A DNA stretch of 64,000 bases from a virus, in the IMG/VR virus record IMGVR_UViG_3300009068_000028, positions 1 through 64,000 of that record; one strand, given 5' to 3'. A model generated the notes under the pieces. It ran no database searches, was not told where the DNA came from, and saw only the letters and a list, made by a program, of their open reading frames with translations. Made by a program: the position numbers and the translations under genes. Shown here piece by piece: positions 21,245 to 32,648 of this stretch (position 1 is its first letter; each line of letters begins with the position of its first letter).

Positions 21245-21873
21245 TGGGATATTTTGACGGTAGACAGAAATACGGCAGACCACAAGGAATGATGTGGACT
21301 GAGAGTAAAGACACTTATAATGCACTTACAGTACCAGCTACAGTAACAGGTCAATCAACTATTCTGATTCTTTCAGACCACAACCGCTCTCCAATCAATG
21401 TTGATAAAATAAGAATTGAAACAAGAGATCGAATGATTAATGGTCGTATGCGTTCTTATCACACTGCAGACAAAATGTCAATTTCTGTTTCTTGGGAAAT
21501 GCTACCTTCACGATCATTTGCTGGAAATCCCCTCTTTAGCTCATCGACTGGTCTTCCACAGAACCCATTTATTGATAGAATAACTAATCCTAAAAATCCT
21601 GCTAACACTGCAGAATTTCAATACACGGTAGATGGTGGTGCAGGTGGGGTAGAGATTCTAGACTGGTACGAAAATCACACTGGACCATTCTGGGTATACC
21701 TTGCTTATGACAAATATAGTAACTTTGAAGCACAAAATAATCCATATGGATATTTAGATGTATACAACGAAGGTGTTGAAATGTACTTTGCAGACTTCTC
21801 TTATTCAATTGAAAAACGTGGGGCAAATAACTTTGATTACTACAACGTTTCTGTTACACTAGAAGAGGTATAA
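21244..21873 (+). CDS. Distal tail (Dit)-like protein
   Basis: First gene after the tape measure; RMINGRMRSY motif and VSVTLEEV C-terminus. Confidence 0.6.
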   Translation: MGYFDGRQKYGRPQGMMWTESKDTYNALTVPATVTGQSTILILSDHNRSPINVDKIRIETRDRMINGRMRSYHTADKMSISVSWEMLPSRSFAGNPLFSSSTGLPQNPFIDRITNPKNPANTAEFQYTVDGGAGGVEILDWYENHTGPFWVYLAYDKYSNFEAQNNPYGYLDVYNEGVEMYFADFSYSIEKRGANNFDYYNVSVTLEEV

Positions 21874-24800
21874 TGTTTGTAAATAGTAATGTTCAGTCAT
21901 ATCTGGAAACATCTGCAACTATTAATAGTGAGTCTCTAATCCTTGCTGAAATTAATATGAACTATGCCGAGAACTTTGATGCAATTGGAAACTATAGATA
22001 CCGCACAACAATTGCAAATCCAAATACTGCAAACTTTGGAGTTATAACAACAACGTATGACTCTACAGACGCTCTGAACGCCTACACAGGGGCAACGGAT
22101 TCTGATGTTGTTATTGATGGTGGAGTATCTGCAGATGCTAATAGCACCCCAGTAGTCTTTACATCTGTACAAGAAAGAAAGAAACTTTTGTTTTCTTTAG
22201 AAGATTGTTTTAATAGATTTAGACCAAGATCTGGAATTAACAAAGCAATATATTACGGTGACACAGTAAACTCACGATACTCGCACAGCGATGGTCCAGA
22301 CATGATGAGCAGACCTCGTTATTATGTTTCAGACAAAGAAGATAAGTTTAAATACTGGACATCGTTTAGACAAGAACAGTCTGGAAATGTGGCGGTAGAG
22401 AGAGGTATCTCTGCTAAAGCATGTGTAGTATCTGAAACACTAACAACATACCTAATCGACGATGCTGCACCATTTATTGTTTATAAAGAAAAAGTTCCAG
22501 TAAACAGGATTATTATTAAAATGCAAACACATGTTGGCTCAGTAAAACAAGACCCAATTAATTCAGGTTTATATCAAATGGTTTCAGACCCACTGTTTGA
22601 TGATACTAATACTATTGTAAACAGAACAGTGCCAATGGATTGGAAAGTTCAATACCTTGAAGAAAATTATGAAACAGGTGTTTTAACTTGGCAAGATGCA
22701 GTAGATTTTGGAACGCTTTACCCAGACGGTAAGAGCAGTGGCTCTCCAGTTATTTCAAGGGATGGGTATGTAGAACTTCATTACGGTAAAAACGAAGGCG
22801 ACTATAAATGGTATCTTGGCTCACAGTCACAATCAAGCAATACAGCAATTATGACTGATTTGAGCAATGTTGTAGAGCTTGGTCCACCAAATCAAATTGG
22901 TGAATACGAACAGTTTATGTTTATTAAAGGCTTAAGAATTGTTGTAAAAACAATGAGTAGACAAGATGTTCCATTTGAACTTATTGAACTTTCTCCACGA
23001 CTTGCTGCAGATTTTTCTTCAATTACAAAAGAATATAATACCAGCAGGGTTGCCTCAGATCTTGGAGTGAGCGGTATGCCAGTAGGACAGTTACTAGCCT
23101 CAACTGGATCAATTACAATAGCAGACTATGATCAAGTTCTAAATAAAAATAATCAAATTTCAAGCTCAAATCCAACTGGTAGCGTTATTGCTAATTTTGT
23201 AAATAGAAACCTTCAGCTAAAATTCTTTGAAGTAATTAAAGAAAATTTAGAAGATACTTCAACATGGTGTTATGTTCCAATCAAAACACTCTATGCAGAA
23301 TCATTTCCAGAGTTTGACAATGACTCTAGAATGGCAACCATACGATTACGAGACATGTTTTTTCATTTTGAATCAATGACTGCTCCACAAATTTTATTAA
23401 CAAATGTGTCTTTTAGTTATGCAATAGCAATGATTATGGACTCGATTGGATTTTCAAATTATGCATACTATAAATCAGTTAATGATAATGATCCGATTAT
23501 ACCGTTTTTCTTTGTAGCACCAGACACAAGCGTTGCACAAGTCCTTGAAGATTTGGCGGTATCAACTCAAACGGCTATGTTCTTTGACGAATACAATAAC
23601 TTTATTCTTATGAGCAAAAGATACATGATGCCAAATCCTGGAGATCGTCAACCAAACAATCCAGATGAAGAAATTAACTTTACTTTATATGGGACAACAG
23701 ACTTTGTTAAGACTGGTATATTAAATAATAAAACAGCTAACAATACATCCGTATTATCAAACATTAAGTCCGTCGGTTCAGTAAACAAAAACATTTTTAA
23801 TGATGGCTCAATTAAATATACTTCACGATACATTCAAAAAAGCTATGGAGAAATTAGGCAAGCTTCTTTTATTGACCAGGATAAAACTTGGCAATATAAG
23901 CCAGTATTGCTTTGGGAAATTGAACCTAGTGAAAACTCAAAGTCAATAAACGAAGAAAAAGCAAAGCAGGGGTCTTATGTTTTGTCTGCTATCCCTCTTA
24001 ACTCAAATCTATCTAATGTTATTCCTACAGTGCAGAGCAACCAAATAGTAAATAACATAATGGACTTGGGAGAAGGTGTTTATTGGATACCACGCTACAA
24101 TGGATATTTCTATGCAAACGGAGAAATGATTAAGTTTGATGCAGTAGAATATAACGTTGCAAAAGCACTGATTGGCTCTAACCTAACAACAACTACATCT
24201 ACAACCAGTAATGCTACTATTATTACAACTGCTTCTAGGATATTTAAAAATGTAAAACCTGGTCAAAAAGTTGTAAAAGTTTCTGGTGCTGGAAACGTTG
24301 CAGCCAACACAACCATATCTTCGGTAACACAAACAGAATCAGCTATTGATATATACGGAAAAGCAGGTATACAGATAATAACAACAATTACTTTATCATC
24401 TGCTGCAACAGCCGCTGGATCTATGACGTTTAATATTGAAGATACTTCAAGCAATGTTTTTATAAATAATGTTCAAGAATACCAAGATTATTTTGCACAA
24501 ATTCCATTTAATGGAAAAATGTATCCAACTGGACGTGTAAGAATTTTTGCAGAACCATTCTATGAATCATATACCGAAAACGGAATTGCAAAAACTAGAC
24601 TTAAAAATGGTGTAGTAAATAAACATGGTCGTGGTCAATTTAATACAAAGATAGTAGAACACTCTGCAGGTTTAGGAACACACTGGACAGACGACAATAA
24701 TATTTTTGGAATGTTTATGGATTCTGACTATTTGTTTGGTGATAAATCAAAGAAAGAACTTCCAGTACGAGTAGCGGTAGCAATACCAAGTCAGACTCCT

Positions 24801-27005
24801 AGTACACAAATTACTCTTGTTAGCAATAGAGGAATAAGCAAGGGAAATACTGTTACTGGCTTAGGTATTCCAGAAAACACTAAAGTTACAAAAGTAAAAG
24901 GTACAAATATTATAATTGTAAGTAATCCATGTGCAAACCTAGTTGTTGATCAAGAAATCTATATTACTGGAAAGGGAATTAAGGCAAGAGATTTATTATT
25001 AGCTGATCCAATTACAACAACAGGGCTTGGTTTGGGAAATCCAAATGATTTAGAAACAGCAGCACGAACTATAGCAAAAGAAACAGTAAGAACTGGAATT
25101 ATTAAAAACATGCTTTCTTCTGCTTATTATTCTGAAGATACCTTAAATTCTTTAAAATCTACCCAAACAGGAACAGTGCAATCATCAGCTTTAATTATGA
25201 CTGGATCTACAGCAAAACCAACATATGGAAAACCACAAAATCTTATATCTTATATTAAAAAAGATTTAGCAAACACCGATGTCGATACTCCAAAACTTTT
25301 TGGCTGTAGGTTAAGGATTATTGGAAGATTAGACAATAATGATTTCAGCGTTCAGAGTCCATATGGTTCTAATCCAATAACTACAATTACTACCGCAAAC
25401 TCTAATGAAAACAAAACGATTTATGCATCATCTGGTGGCATAAGTTTTATGTTTGATGAAACTAGGAGTCGTGGTTATTTCTTTGAAATTGCAGCACTTA
25501 CTGCAGCTAACATAGATCAGTATGGCGATCAAGATGGACTTGCAAATCTATTATTTTATAAAACAGTAATCAAGTCAGATGCTATTTTAAAATCAATAAA
25601 AAGAGAAGACAAGTCAAAAGAAATTACATTTATTGGAAAAAACTCCTTTAAACCTGGAGACCTTGTATCTGTGTCAATAAGTGGAGACACCTATAGCTCA
25701 TATGAAAAAACAGCAGAGGAACCGTATACGGTTTTGACAGCAGACTCAACTGAATTTACCGTAAAAGGAGAAAAAGCAACATCTACACAAACTATTGACT
25801 TGTCTGCTCTAACCGCTGTTGCATCTTATACTACAGCAAACAAAGCAATTCCATATACGTTGTGGGAAGGTCTTTCAAACATAGTTGTTGATGATGGTAA
25901 ATTTACTGGTCAGCACAGATTAAAGGGTGAGCAAAATCCAAGCGTCTACGACTTAGCAGTTGAGTATGAGGATATTACCGAGGGAAGAAAGTTTTATTTA
26001 TACTTAAATCAAAAACTAATTGGAACAGTAATAGATCCATTACCATTACCAGTAATTAATAACATTGCTCCATTTGTTAGAAGTACTTCTAAAGTAATGT
26101 TTGAAAACATCTATGCTATTGGTCAAGACATTGCCAACAATGGAGTTAACCTCCAGGATGCTCCCTTAAGATCTGGCTCACTCTTTAATGAAGAGACAGA
26201 TAGTGACAACTCATTTAGAAAATATTCTGTAAGTAGTGCTGTTCAAGACACATACATAAAGGGTATTAGTCCATTCCAACCGCCAAAATATAAGATGTAT
26301 TTTGAAGAGTTTGGAACAATTATGAGAGAGTCTGCCTACTTTAACTTTAGATATGATAAAGCATATCCTGCATTTATTTCAAAAATTGCACCAACGTTTA
26401 ATAGCCTAAAAGGGTATGCTGTTTCTGGATATGTTGGAAACGCATATGGTGCAGAGTTTTTAATATTTAATACAACAGATTCAGCAGTAAACTTAGACGA
26501 AACAAGCGGCAACTATCTTAGAATTCTTGGTGTTACATTTACACAAGAATCAGATCGTCAACTAACTCTTGATGAATACTTAAAAGCAAAAAGCGATTTG
26601 TCAAATCCAGATTTTAATAATTCTGTTTTAGAAAGTTCAATAGATAATCCTAACACTGCAGCAAAAAATTTAAGACTTGTAAAAAATAGTCGTGTAACAA
26701 ATGGACGTAATGAGTTTTCAATTGACGGAACATATATACAAAATGCAGACCAAGCAGAAGAATTAATGGGATGGCTAATAGAAAAAATGTTAGATCCAAG
26801 ATTATCAGTAGGTCTATCAATTTTCCCAGTGCCAACTTTACAACTTGGAGACATTGTTACAATTAATTATAAAACTAGAAATACTAACGGAAACCTTATT
26901 GATGAAATTGCTAGTTCATCTAAACGATTTGTAATCTATAATATTGAATATAATAAAAATGAAAATGGTCCTGAAATGACAATATATTTAAGTGAGGTAT
27001 CATAA
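21873..27005 (+). CDS. Large tail tip/baseplate hub (Tal-like) protein
   Basis: 1710 aa after Dit; MFFDEYNNF motif and C-terminal PTLQLGDIVTI hub-type motif. Confidence 0.65.
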   Translation: MFVNSNVQSYLETSATINSESLILAEINMNYAENFDAIGNYRYRTTIANPNTANFGVITTTYDSTDALNAYTGATDSDVVIDGGVSADANSTPVVFTSVQERKKLLFSLEDCFNRFRPRSGINKAIYYGDTVNSRYSHSDGPDMMSRPRYYVSDKEDKFKYWTSFRQEQSGNVAVERGISAKACVVSETLTTYLIDDAAPFIVYKEKVPVNRIIIKMQTHVGSVKQDPINSGLYQMVSDPLFDDTNTIVNRTVPMDWKVQYLEENYETGVLTWQDAVDFGTLYPDGKSSGSPVISRDGYVELHYGKNEGDYKWYLGSQSQSSNTAIMTDLSNVVELGPPNQIGEYEQFMFIKGLRIVVKTMSRQDVPFELIELSPRLAADFSSITKEYNTSRVASDLGVSGMPVGQLLASTGSITIADYDQVLNKNNQISSSNPTGSVIANFVNRNLQLKFFEVIKENLEDTSTWCYVPIKTLYAESFPEFDNDSRMATIRLRDMFFHFESMTAPQILLTNVSFSYAIAMIMDSIGFSNYAYYKSVNDNDPIIPFFFVAPDTSVAQVLEDLAVSTQTAMFFDEYNNFILMSKRYMMPNPGDRQPNNPDEEINFTLYGTTDFVKTGILNNKTANNTSVLSNIKSVGSVNKNIFNDGSIKYTSRYIQKSYGEIRQASFIDQDKTWQYKPVLLWEIEPSENSKSINEEKAKQGSYVLSAIPLNSNLSNVIPTVQSNQIVNNIMDLGEGVYWIPRYNGYFYANGEMIKFDAVEYNVAKALIGSNLTTTTSTTSNATIITTASRIFKNVKPGQKVVKVSGAGNVAANTTISSVTQTESAIDIYGKAGIQIITTITLSSAATAAGSMTFNIEDTSSNVFINNVQEYQDYFAQIPFNGKMYPTGRVRIFAEPFYESYTENGIAKTRLKNGVVNKHGRGQFNTKIVEHSAGLGTHWTDDNNIFGMFMDSDYLFGDKSKKELPVRVAVAIPSQTPSTQITLVSNRGISKGNTVTGLGIPENTKVTKVKGTNIIIVSNPCANLVVDQEIYITGKGIKARDLLLADPITTTGLGLGNPNDLETAARTIAKETVRTGIIKNMLSSAYYSEDTLNSLKSTQTGTVQSSALIMTGSTAKPTYGKPQNLISYIKKDLANTDVDTPKLFGCRLRIIGRLDNNDFSVQSPYGSNPITTITTANSNENKTIYASSGGISFMFDETRSRGYFFEIAALTAANIDQYGDQDGLANLLFYKTVIKSDAILKSIKREDKSKEITFIGKNSFKPGDLVSVSISGDTYSSYEKTAEEPYTVLTADSTEFTVKGEKATSTQTIDLSALTAVASYTTANKAIPYTLWEGLSNIVVDDGKFTGQHRLKGEQNPSVYDLAVEYEDITEGRKFYLYLNQKLIGTVIDPLPLPVINNIAPFVRSTSKVMFENIYAIGQDIANNGVNLQDAPLRSGSLFNEETDSDNSFRKYSVSSAVQDTYIKGISPFQPPKYKMYFEEFGTIMRESAYFNFRYDKAYPAFISKIAPTFNSLKGYAVSGYVGNAYGAEFLIFNTTDSAVNLDETSGNYLRILGVTFTQESDRQLTLDEYLKAKSDLSNPDFNNSVLESSIDNPNTAAKNLRLVKNSRVTNGRNEFSIDGTYIQNADQAEELMGWLIEKMLDPRLSVGLSIFPVPTLQLGDIVTINYKTRNTNGNLIDEIASSSKRFVIYNIEYNKNENGPEMTIYLSEVS

Positions 27006-27517
27006 TGGCAAGAGGAAGAAGAAGAAAAGGAAAAAACAAGGAAACACCATTAGCTAATAATATATTTTTACCAGAGCCATTATACAGAAGAGACAAACGT
27101 GGTATAAAGGTAGCAAGACCAGACATTATTCTTAGTGAGGACGAGCTTTCTCTAGAAGCTATGTCAGACTTTATTTTTGCTGAAATTGGTGGTCAAGAAA
27201 TTTTAGATATTTCAAGATCTGATTTTGTAAACAGCCCACTAAATCAACAATATACTTCTACTCCAGGAACTGGAACATCTTATATTCAAAAAGAACCAAT
27301 CAGTTTTTCTGACGGTATAACAAATACCTTTGCTTCTTTCAATATGCTACTAGAGAACTATACTCCACAAGATACAACAACAAATCTTTTAGAACTAAAC
27401 AATGAAACAGGCGTAATCACTATTAGATTAACAAACGTAAGAGCTACAGATAATATAGAGGTTCAATTTTTGACATATGCAGATGTATCAGATGATATAA
27501 TATTTGAAGGGATATAA
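27005..27517 (+). CDS. Putative tail tip protein
   Basis: Coupled within the tail operon; highly basic N-terminus. Confidence 0.45.
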   Translation: MARGRRRKGKNKETPLANNIFLPEPLYRRDKRGIKVARPDIILSEDELSLEAMSDFIFAEIGGQEILDISRSDFVNSPLNQQYTSTPGTGTSYIQKEPISFSDGITNTFASFNMLLENYTPQDTTTNLLELNNETGVITIRLTNVRATDNIEVQFLTYADVSDDIIFEGI

Positions 27518-27519
27518 AT

Positions 27520-29136
27520 ATGCTGACAACAAAAGGTAAAAACGTACTTGCCAAATACTTGGTAAACCAAGCTCCAGGGTACGCTGGATACATTGCTGTT
27601 GGTTGTGGGACTAACCCACTATCAACAATGACAGTTAATGTTGAATCTGGAACACTTGTATCAAACATTATAACTTTTGTAACAAGTACCCCACATAACT
27701 TTTTGCCTGGACAGGGTGTATTTGTTGATGGACTAGACAACGCAGTTGATGGTTCATATTCGATTGCTACAGTGCCAAATACATCAGCTTTTACTGTTAG
27801 TAAAGTTGCTGCTAATATTGCAACTACACCATCAACTCCTGGTACAGCAACACGAAATTTTATAAATAGGGATCAAATGACTTTTGAAATGTTTAGAGTG
27901 CCAATTGTTTCTCGTGGAATTATTACTGAAAACAATTTAACTAAAGTTGTATTTACTGCAGAACTTCCAAACCTTGAACAATACGGAATGACAGAAATTG
28001 GAATCTACCCTTCTGGAAGTAATCCAACAGCAAGCACTATTGACAGCAGGGTATTATTTAATTTTTCAGATACAGAAAACTGGGAGTACCACTCTGACGT
28101 TGTTGAAAAGCCAGTATCATACGTAGATGGTGCAGGATATGCAAATGCTGCAATAAAAATAAGCGGAAATGATAATTTTGCTTTAATTAATTCCTATGAT
28201 CCAATTTTTAGTACTTACTATAGAATGACATCAAAAGAACAACCAAGATTTGAATCAAAGACACTAATGCTTAGGGGAAATACTTCGGCAATAAACACCT
28301 CCCCTACAATATACTCAATCTATGAAAACAGTTCTTTTCCCGAAAATCAATCGCACATTCATCATACAAACGTTTCTTTTTCCTTCGATAAAAACTCTGC
28401 AGACGATCTGTTAAAGTTAGCCTTCTCAGTAATTACAGAAGCTACAAGTGCTACACAATATTCAGAAATAGGTGGACTTAATATAATTGTTCAGTTTGCA
28501 GACTCTGAGACACTTGGAAGTAGTGAGTATGCCAATATGCAATTTTCATTAAACTCAACAGATTTAAAAGCAAACAACGCAAACACACAATATTATGTTG
28601 CCCAAAAATCATTGTCAGAACTTAAAACAACTTCAAACTTTCAATGGTCTTCTGTAAACACTGTCAAAGTTTTTGCATCAGCTTTTGCTAATGTTGGAAC
28701 AAACGTTTCTGCATCAATTCTTACAAGCAATGTGGCTACAATAACAACTTCCACTGTTCATGATTTGCTTGTAGGAGATAAAATTGCAATAAATAATAGA
28801 CCTGGCTATAGCGGTGTATATGAAATTGCTACAGTACCAACTACAACAACATTTACATATTCAACAACAACGGCAAACATAGCCTCTAATACAACAGATG
28901 GTGGCACAGTAACAAAACTTCTAGGAAATCACTGGATAGCACTAGACGGACTTCGTTTTGAAAACATATCTTCTGCTGCTGCAAATCCACTATACGGACT
29001 TACTGGATATTCTTTGCTTGCAGAAACAGCGGTATCGTCTAACGGTGCATCAATTACAAACTATCCAATAGTAAAACAAAGAAATACAAACAACCTTATA
29101 GAGTTTAAGTTTGCTGTAGATACTGGTGGTGTATAG
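27520..29136 (+). CDS. Minor tail/baseplate protein with two repeated beta modules
   Basis: MLTTKGKNVLAKYL...YIAVGCG and TEIGIY motifs; duplicated T..H.[FL]..G....G.Y.IATVP..T.FT module. Confidence 0.55.
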   Translation: MLTTKGKNVLAKYLVNQAPGYAGYIAVGCGTNPLSTMTVNVESGTLVSNIITFVTSTPHNFLPGQGVFVDGLDNAVDGSYSIATVPNTSAFTVSKVAANIATTPSTPGTATRNFINRDQMTFEMFRVPIVSRGIITENNLTKVVFTAELPNLEQYGMTEIGIYPSGSNPTASTIDSRVLFNFSDTENWEYHSDVVEKPVSYVDGAGYANAAIKISGNDNFALINSYDPIFSTYYRMTSKEQPRFESKTLMLRGNTSAINTSPTIYSIYENSSFPENQSHIHHTNVSFSFDKNSADDLLKLAFSVITEATSATQYSEIGGLNIIVQFADSETLGSSEYANMQFSLNSTDLKANNANTQYYVAQKSLSELKTTSNFQWSSVNTVKVFASAFANVGTNVSASILTSNVATITTSTVHDLLVGDKIAINNRPGYSGVYEIATVPTTTTFTYSTTTANIASNTTDGGTVTKLLGNHWIALDGLRFENISSAAANPLYGLTGYSLLAETAVSSNGASITNYPIVKQRNTNNLIEFKFAVDTGGV

Positions 29137-29906
29137 TGGCTGAACAAGAAATATTTGAAGCAAAAATATCTACGGCATCATTTCCTCCTAGACTGCCAGG
29201 CAATAAGCTTGCACTTAGGTATAAAGTAAAATCTTCTGATCTTAATCAAACCACTCAATGGTCTCCAGTCTATTATATAAATGGACCAACTAGACTTCAG
29301 GCAACCACAAATTCAATCGATAATTTAACAGCCACAAAATTTGTAGTAGATTGGGTAGATGACAATGTATCTGGTTACGATCTATTTGTTTCATATTCTA
29401 TAGATCTTTCAACTTATACTGGAACAGTCAACTCTGTTGGAACTACTAAGACTATTTATTTTACTTCAACATTTATTCCCGAAGAACTTAAAAATTTTAA
29501 GGTTGGCGATTTAATAGATGTGGCTGGGGTAGCCAACGCACTTAATGGAACTGCTACTGAGGGTGGGGCAGATATGAAAATTACTGAACTTAATTTAACA
29601 ACAAGTCCATATTACATTAGATATATTGGTGACTCTAGTAATACAACAGCTAATACATCAATCTCAGCTGGTTATTTTGCAACAGCAAATCTTGCAAGTC
29701 CAGAACAAAGATATCGTCAATATAGATATTTAGCAACCTATCCATTAACTGGAGAGGGAGAAAAAACCTACACTTTTCAATCAGCAATAACGCAGAATGG
29801 TGTTTTGCGTTATCAAACAGCAGCGGCAATAATTCAAATCGAAGGCACTAGTAAAGTTTTAGACTCATCTCTTCAAATTGCAAAGACTACCAGAGTGTCC
29901 CTCTAA
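29136..29906 (+). CDS. Minor tail protein
   Basis: GTG start coupled to the upstream stop; T/S-rich beta protein. Confidence 0.5.
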   Translation: MAEQEIFEAKISTASFPPRLPGNKLALRYKVKSSDLNQTTQWSPVYYINGPTRLQATTNSIDNLTATKFVVDWVDDNVSGYDLFVSYSIDLSTYTGTVNSVGTTKTIYFTSTFIPEELKNFKVGDLIDVAGVANALNGTATEGGADMKITELNLTTSPYYIRYIGDSSNTTANTSISAGYFATANLASPEQRYRQYRYLATYPLTGEGEKTYTFQSAITQNGVLRYQTAAAIIQIEGTSKVLDSSLQIAKTTRVSL

Positions 29907-29923
29907 TCTGATATAATAATAGT

Positions 29924-30370
29924 ATGAAACTTCCACTTCCAAATAGAGGTCAGCCATTTGACCTAGCCTTAGTATATAGAATAATTGAAGAGATCAATAA
30001 TTTATGGAACGAGATTGGACTTCGTGTTTCTTCATACTCTTCAATACAAACCGCAAAAGAAGCTATTAGTAGTGTTCGATCAAGCGACGTAAGAACTGTT
30101 GCTGGGTTTGTAAATGTTATTGATAATACTAGCGTAAAAACAAATGACGACAAGCCATTTACCTATACATTTGATAGAGCATTTAAGTATCCACCAATTG
30201 TATCCACATCGTTAGAAACTATTGGTGAAAGTAATACTGAAGCAACTAAAAGCTCTACTGTAATTCTTACAAAGGTTAGCACGAGCACAATTGAGGGAAT
30301 TATTAAATTTGAAACAGCAGGAACGGCTGCTGTACGAGTTAATCTTATTGCCGTTGGCATTCCTGTATAA
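29924..30370 (+). CDS. Tail fibre tip/H-type lectin-like protein
   Basis: FDRAFKYPPIV...VNLIAVG C-terminal motif; leaderless start. Confidence 0.45.
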   Translation: MKLPLPNRGQPFDLALVYRIIEEINNLWNEIGLRVSSYSSIQTAKEAISSVRSSDVRTVAGFVNVIDNTSVKTNDDKPFTYTFDRAFKYPPIVSTSLETIGESNTEATKSSTVILTKVSTSTIEGIIKFETAGTAAVRVNLIAVGIPV

Positions 30371-30891
30371 TGGACAGAGAGCAGTATAATTCTGCCCCAA
30401 TAATTCCAGGTAGCAAAAAGGTTTGGTTTTTAAATGGTGACCTTGTTCGCATCTATCACTTTAATAGATCTAATGGAATAATGTCCGTATATAACATTAT
30501 TAAAGATCAAGTTGAAAGTTGTTTAGTTACAGATTTTAAACGGAATCGTGAAAGAGCATACACTGTAGGCGAGACAGCAACAATGGTAAACAGACACAAG
30601 AAGTATATGCCTAGCCTTATGAAACGTGGAGTAATCCCCGAACCAATGGGTTCTCAGAAGGGCGGAGAGCGTGGCTGGCAAGTTCGATGTTACTACTCAG
30701 AATCACAGGTGCGTGACATTCGTGATATACTTGCTACCTATCACATTGGTAGACCAAGAAAAGACAATCTGGTTACTAATGACATTACGCCTTCGCCACA
30801 GGAGTTGACAAGACGTATGGGAGATGGTATACTGACATATACGAGAACTGAAGACGGCAGGTTTGTTCCTGTTTGGTCTGAAAGTATTTAA
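30370..30891 (+). CDS. MerR-like HTH DNA-binding protein
   Basis: YTVGETATMVNRHKKYMPSLMKRGVIPEP...YYSESQV pattern. Confidence 0.55.
   Translation: MDREQYNSAPIIPGSKKVWFLNGDLVRIYHFNRSNGIMSVYNIIKDQVESCLVTDFKRNRERAYTVGETATMVNRHKKYMPSLMKRGVIPEPMGSQKGGERGWQVRCYYSESQVRDIRDILATYHIGRPRKDNLVTNDITPSPQELTRRMGDGILTYTRTEDGRFVPVWSESI
30805..30833 (+). promoter_or_regulatory. Housekeeping-sigma promoter for the replication genes, embedded in a CDS
   Basis: TTGACA-N17-TATACT with extended TG. Confidence 0.7.
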
Positions 30892-30905
30892 CCGAAGGGT
30901 ATGAG

Positions 30906-31115
30906 ATGGAAAACGAAAACACAAAAATTAACATTGCATTGGGCTATACGCTCAATCTTGGTAACTTTCAATCACTCCGCATTGATCTAGGCGTTGAGGA
31001 TTCACGTCGTGAGGGTGAGACTGTACAACAGGCATTTGACCGTGTGTACGAGTTTGTGGAAGCACGACTTGTTGAAAAGATTAACGAGTCAAAAGACGAG
31101 ATCGATAGCAAGTAA
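30906..31115 (+). CDS. Conserved phage protein
   Basis: GYTLNLGNFQSLRID motif. Confidence 0.55.
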   Translation: MENENTKINIALGYTLNLGNFQSLRIDLGVEDSRREGETVQQAFDRVYEFVEARLVEKINESKDEIDSK

Positions 31116-31423
31116 TGGCTGAACGCAAAGACCGAATGGCTTTGCTCAGTAGATACTCTAAGCTTTATCTTATAAAGTACGAGGAAAAGCCATTAGTAAA
31201 TTTAAACGTAGAGCAGTGGGCTGCAGATGCACTCATTGAGTCATATGGCATATCTATGTGCTATGACCTATTAGAATATTATTTTGATGTAGCACAGAAC
31301 CCAACATGGAAGTATTTTGCAAACTATACAGATAATCTAATATCTGCACAACAACAACAAAAAAATGACATATCCGAACGAGCAGTTCGCCGTGAACAAG
31401 CAAGGAAGTGGTTAAGTGAATGA
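31115..31423 (+). CDS. Hypothetical protein, possible helicase loader
   Basis: Overlaps the helicase start; helical. Confidence 0.45.
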   Translation: MAERKDRMALLSRYSKLYLIKYEEKPLVNLNVEQWAADALIESYGISMCYDLLEYYFDVAQNPTWKYFANYTDNLISAQQQQKNDISERAVRREQARKWLSE

Positions 31424-32636
31424 TTCAGAAGCAAAGCTTATCTCAGCAGTACTACAGGATAAGCAGGTACACGTATTACTACAAGCTAACGTGGAAAACA
31501 TTCTTCGTACTCACAATGACATATGGCAGTTTATTAGGAACTACTCTGAGCATAACGGTACTGTCCCACCTGTTACCCTTGTAGTAGACAAGTTCCGTGA
31601 TTTTCATCCTGTTGATGGGGTTGGTGCAACTAAGCACCACCTAGAAGAACTACAGGCAGACTATCTTAATGACAGCCTAAAAGATATCTTACGCAACACT
31701 GCCGCAGATGTGCAGGGTGGCAAGGGTACAGAAGCCCTAGAGTCACTTATTCAAATGACTTCAGAGCTTAAGAAGAATACTGCCTCAATCCGTGACATTG
31801 ACGTTACAGACATTGACGATGCGATTGCGTATTATGAAAATGTGCAGAGGCAGAATGAGCTAGGACAGATTGGCATTAAGACTGGTCTTCCTGGATTTGA
31901 TAACTATCTTCCTGCTGGCATTATGCCAGGACAACTTGGAGTCTTTCTTGCCTATCCAGGCATTGGCAAGTCGTGGCTATCTCTTTACTTTGCTGTACAG
32001 GCTTGGAAGCAGGGCAAGTCACCAATGGTTGTAAGCCTTGAAATGAGCGAGACAGAGGTTCGTAACCGTGTCTACACAATTATGGGCAATGGTCTTTGGT
32101 CGCACCGCAAGCTGTCTTCTGGCGAGGTAGAGCTAGATATGCTTAAGTCTTGGCACGAAAAGAATCTTCAGGGTAAGTCTGAGTTCCACATTATCTCTAA
32201 TGATTCTGGTGGAGAGGTTACGCCATCAGTTATGCGAGGGAAGATCGACCAGTACAAGCCAGACTTTGTAATTGTAGACTACCTACAACTAATGTCACCA
32301 AACCAGAAGTCAGACAATGAAACTGTTCGTATGAAGAACCTTTCTCGTGAACTTAAGCTAATGGCTATCTCTGAGGAAGTGCCTATCATTGCTATTTCAT
32401 CTGCAACACCAGATGATGTTAATAAGCTAGACACTGTTCCTACACTGGGTCAAACCGCTTGGTCACGTCAAATTGCTTACGATGCTGACTGGGTAATGGC
32501 TCTTGGTCGTGGTGCTAACTCAGATGTTATTGAGTGTGTATTCCGTAAGAACCGTAATGGATTTATGGGTGAGTTTATGGTTCAGGTTGACTTCGACAAG
32601 GGTCTATATAAATACAAAGATTTTGAAGATAACTAG
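31416..32636 (+). CDS. dnaB: DnaB-like replicative helicase
   Basis: AYPGIGKS Walker A, plus SLEM, VIVDYLQLM, DADWV and KNRNG motifs. Confidence 0.9.
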   Translation: MNDSEAKLISAVLQDKQVHVLLQANVENILRTHNDIWQFIRNYSEHNGTVPPVTLVVDKFRDFHPVDGVGATKHHLEELQADYLNDSLKDILRNTAADVQGGKGTEALESLIQMTSELKKNTASIRDIDVTDIDDAIAYYENVQRQNELGQIGIKTGLPGFDNYLPAGIMPGQLGVFLAYPGIGKSWLSLYFAVQAWKQGKSPMVVSLEMSETEVRNRVYTIMGNGLWSHRKLSSGEVELDMLKSWHEKNLQGKSEFHIISNDSGGEVTPSVMRGKIDQYKPDFVIVDYLQLMSPNQKSDNETVRMKNLSRELKLMAISEEVPIIAISSATPDDVNKLDTVPTLGQTAWSRQIAYDADWVMALGRGANSDVIECVFRKNRNGFMGEFMVQVDFDKGLYKYKDFEDN

Positions 32637-32648
32637 TTATAATGGAGT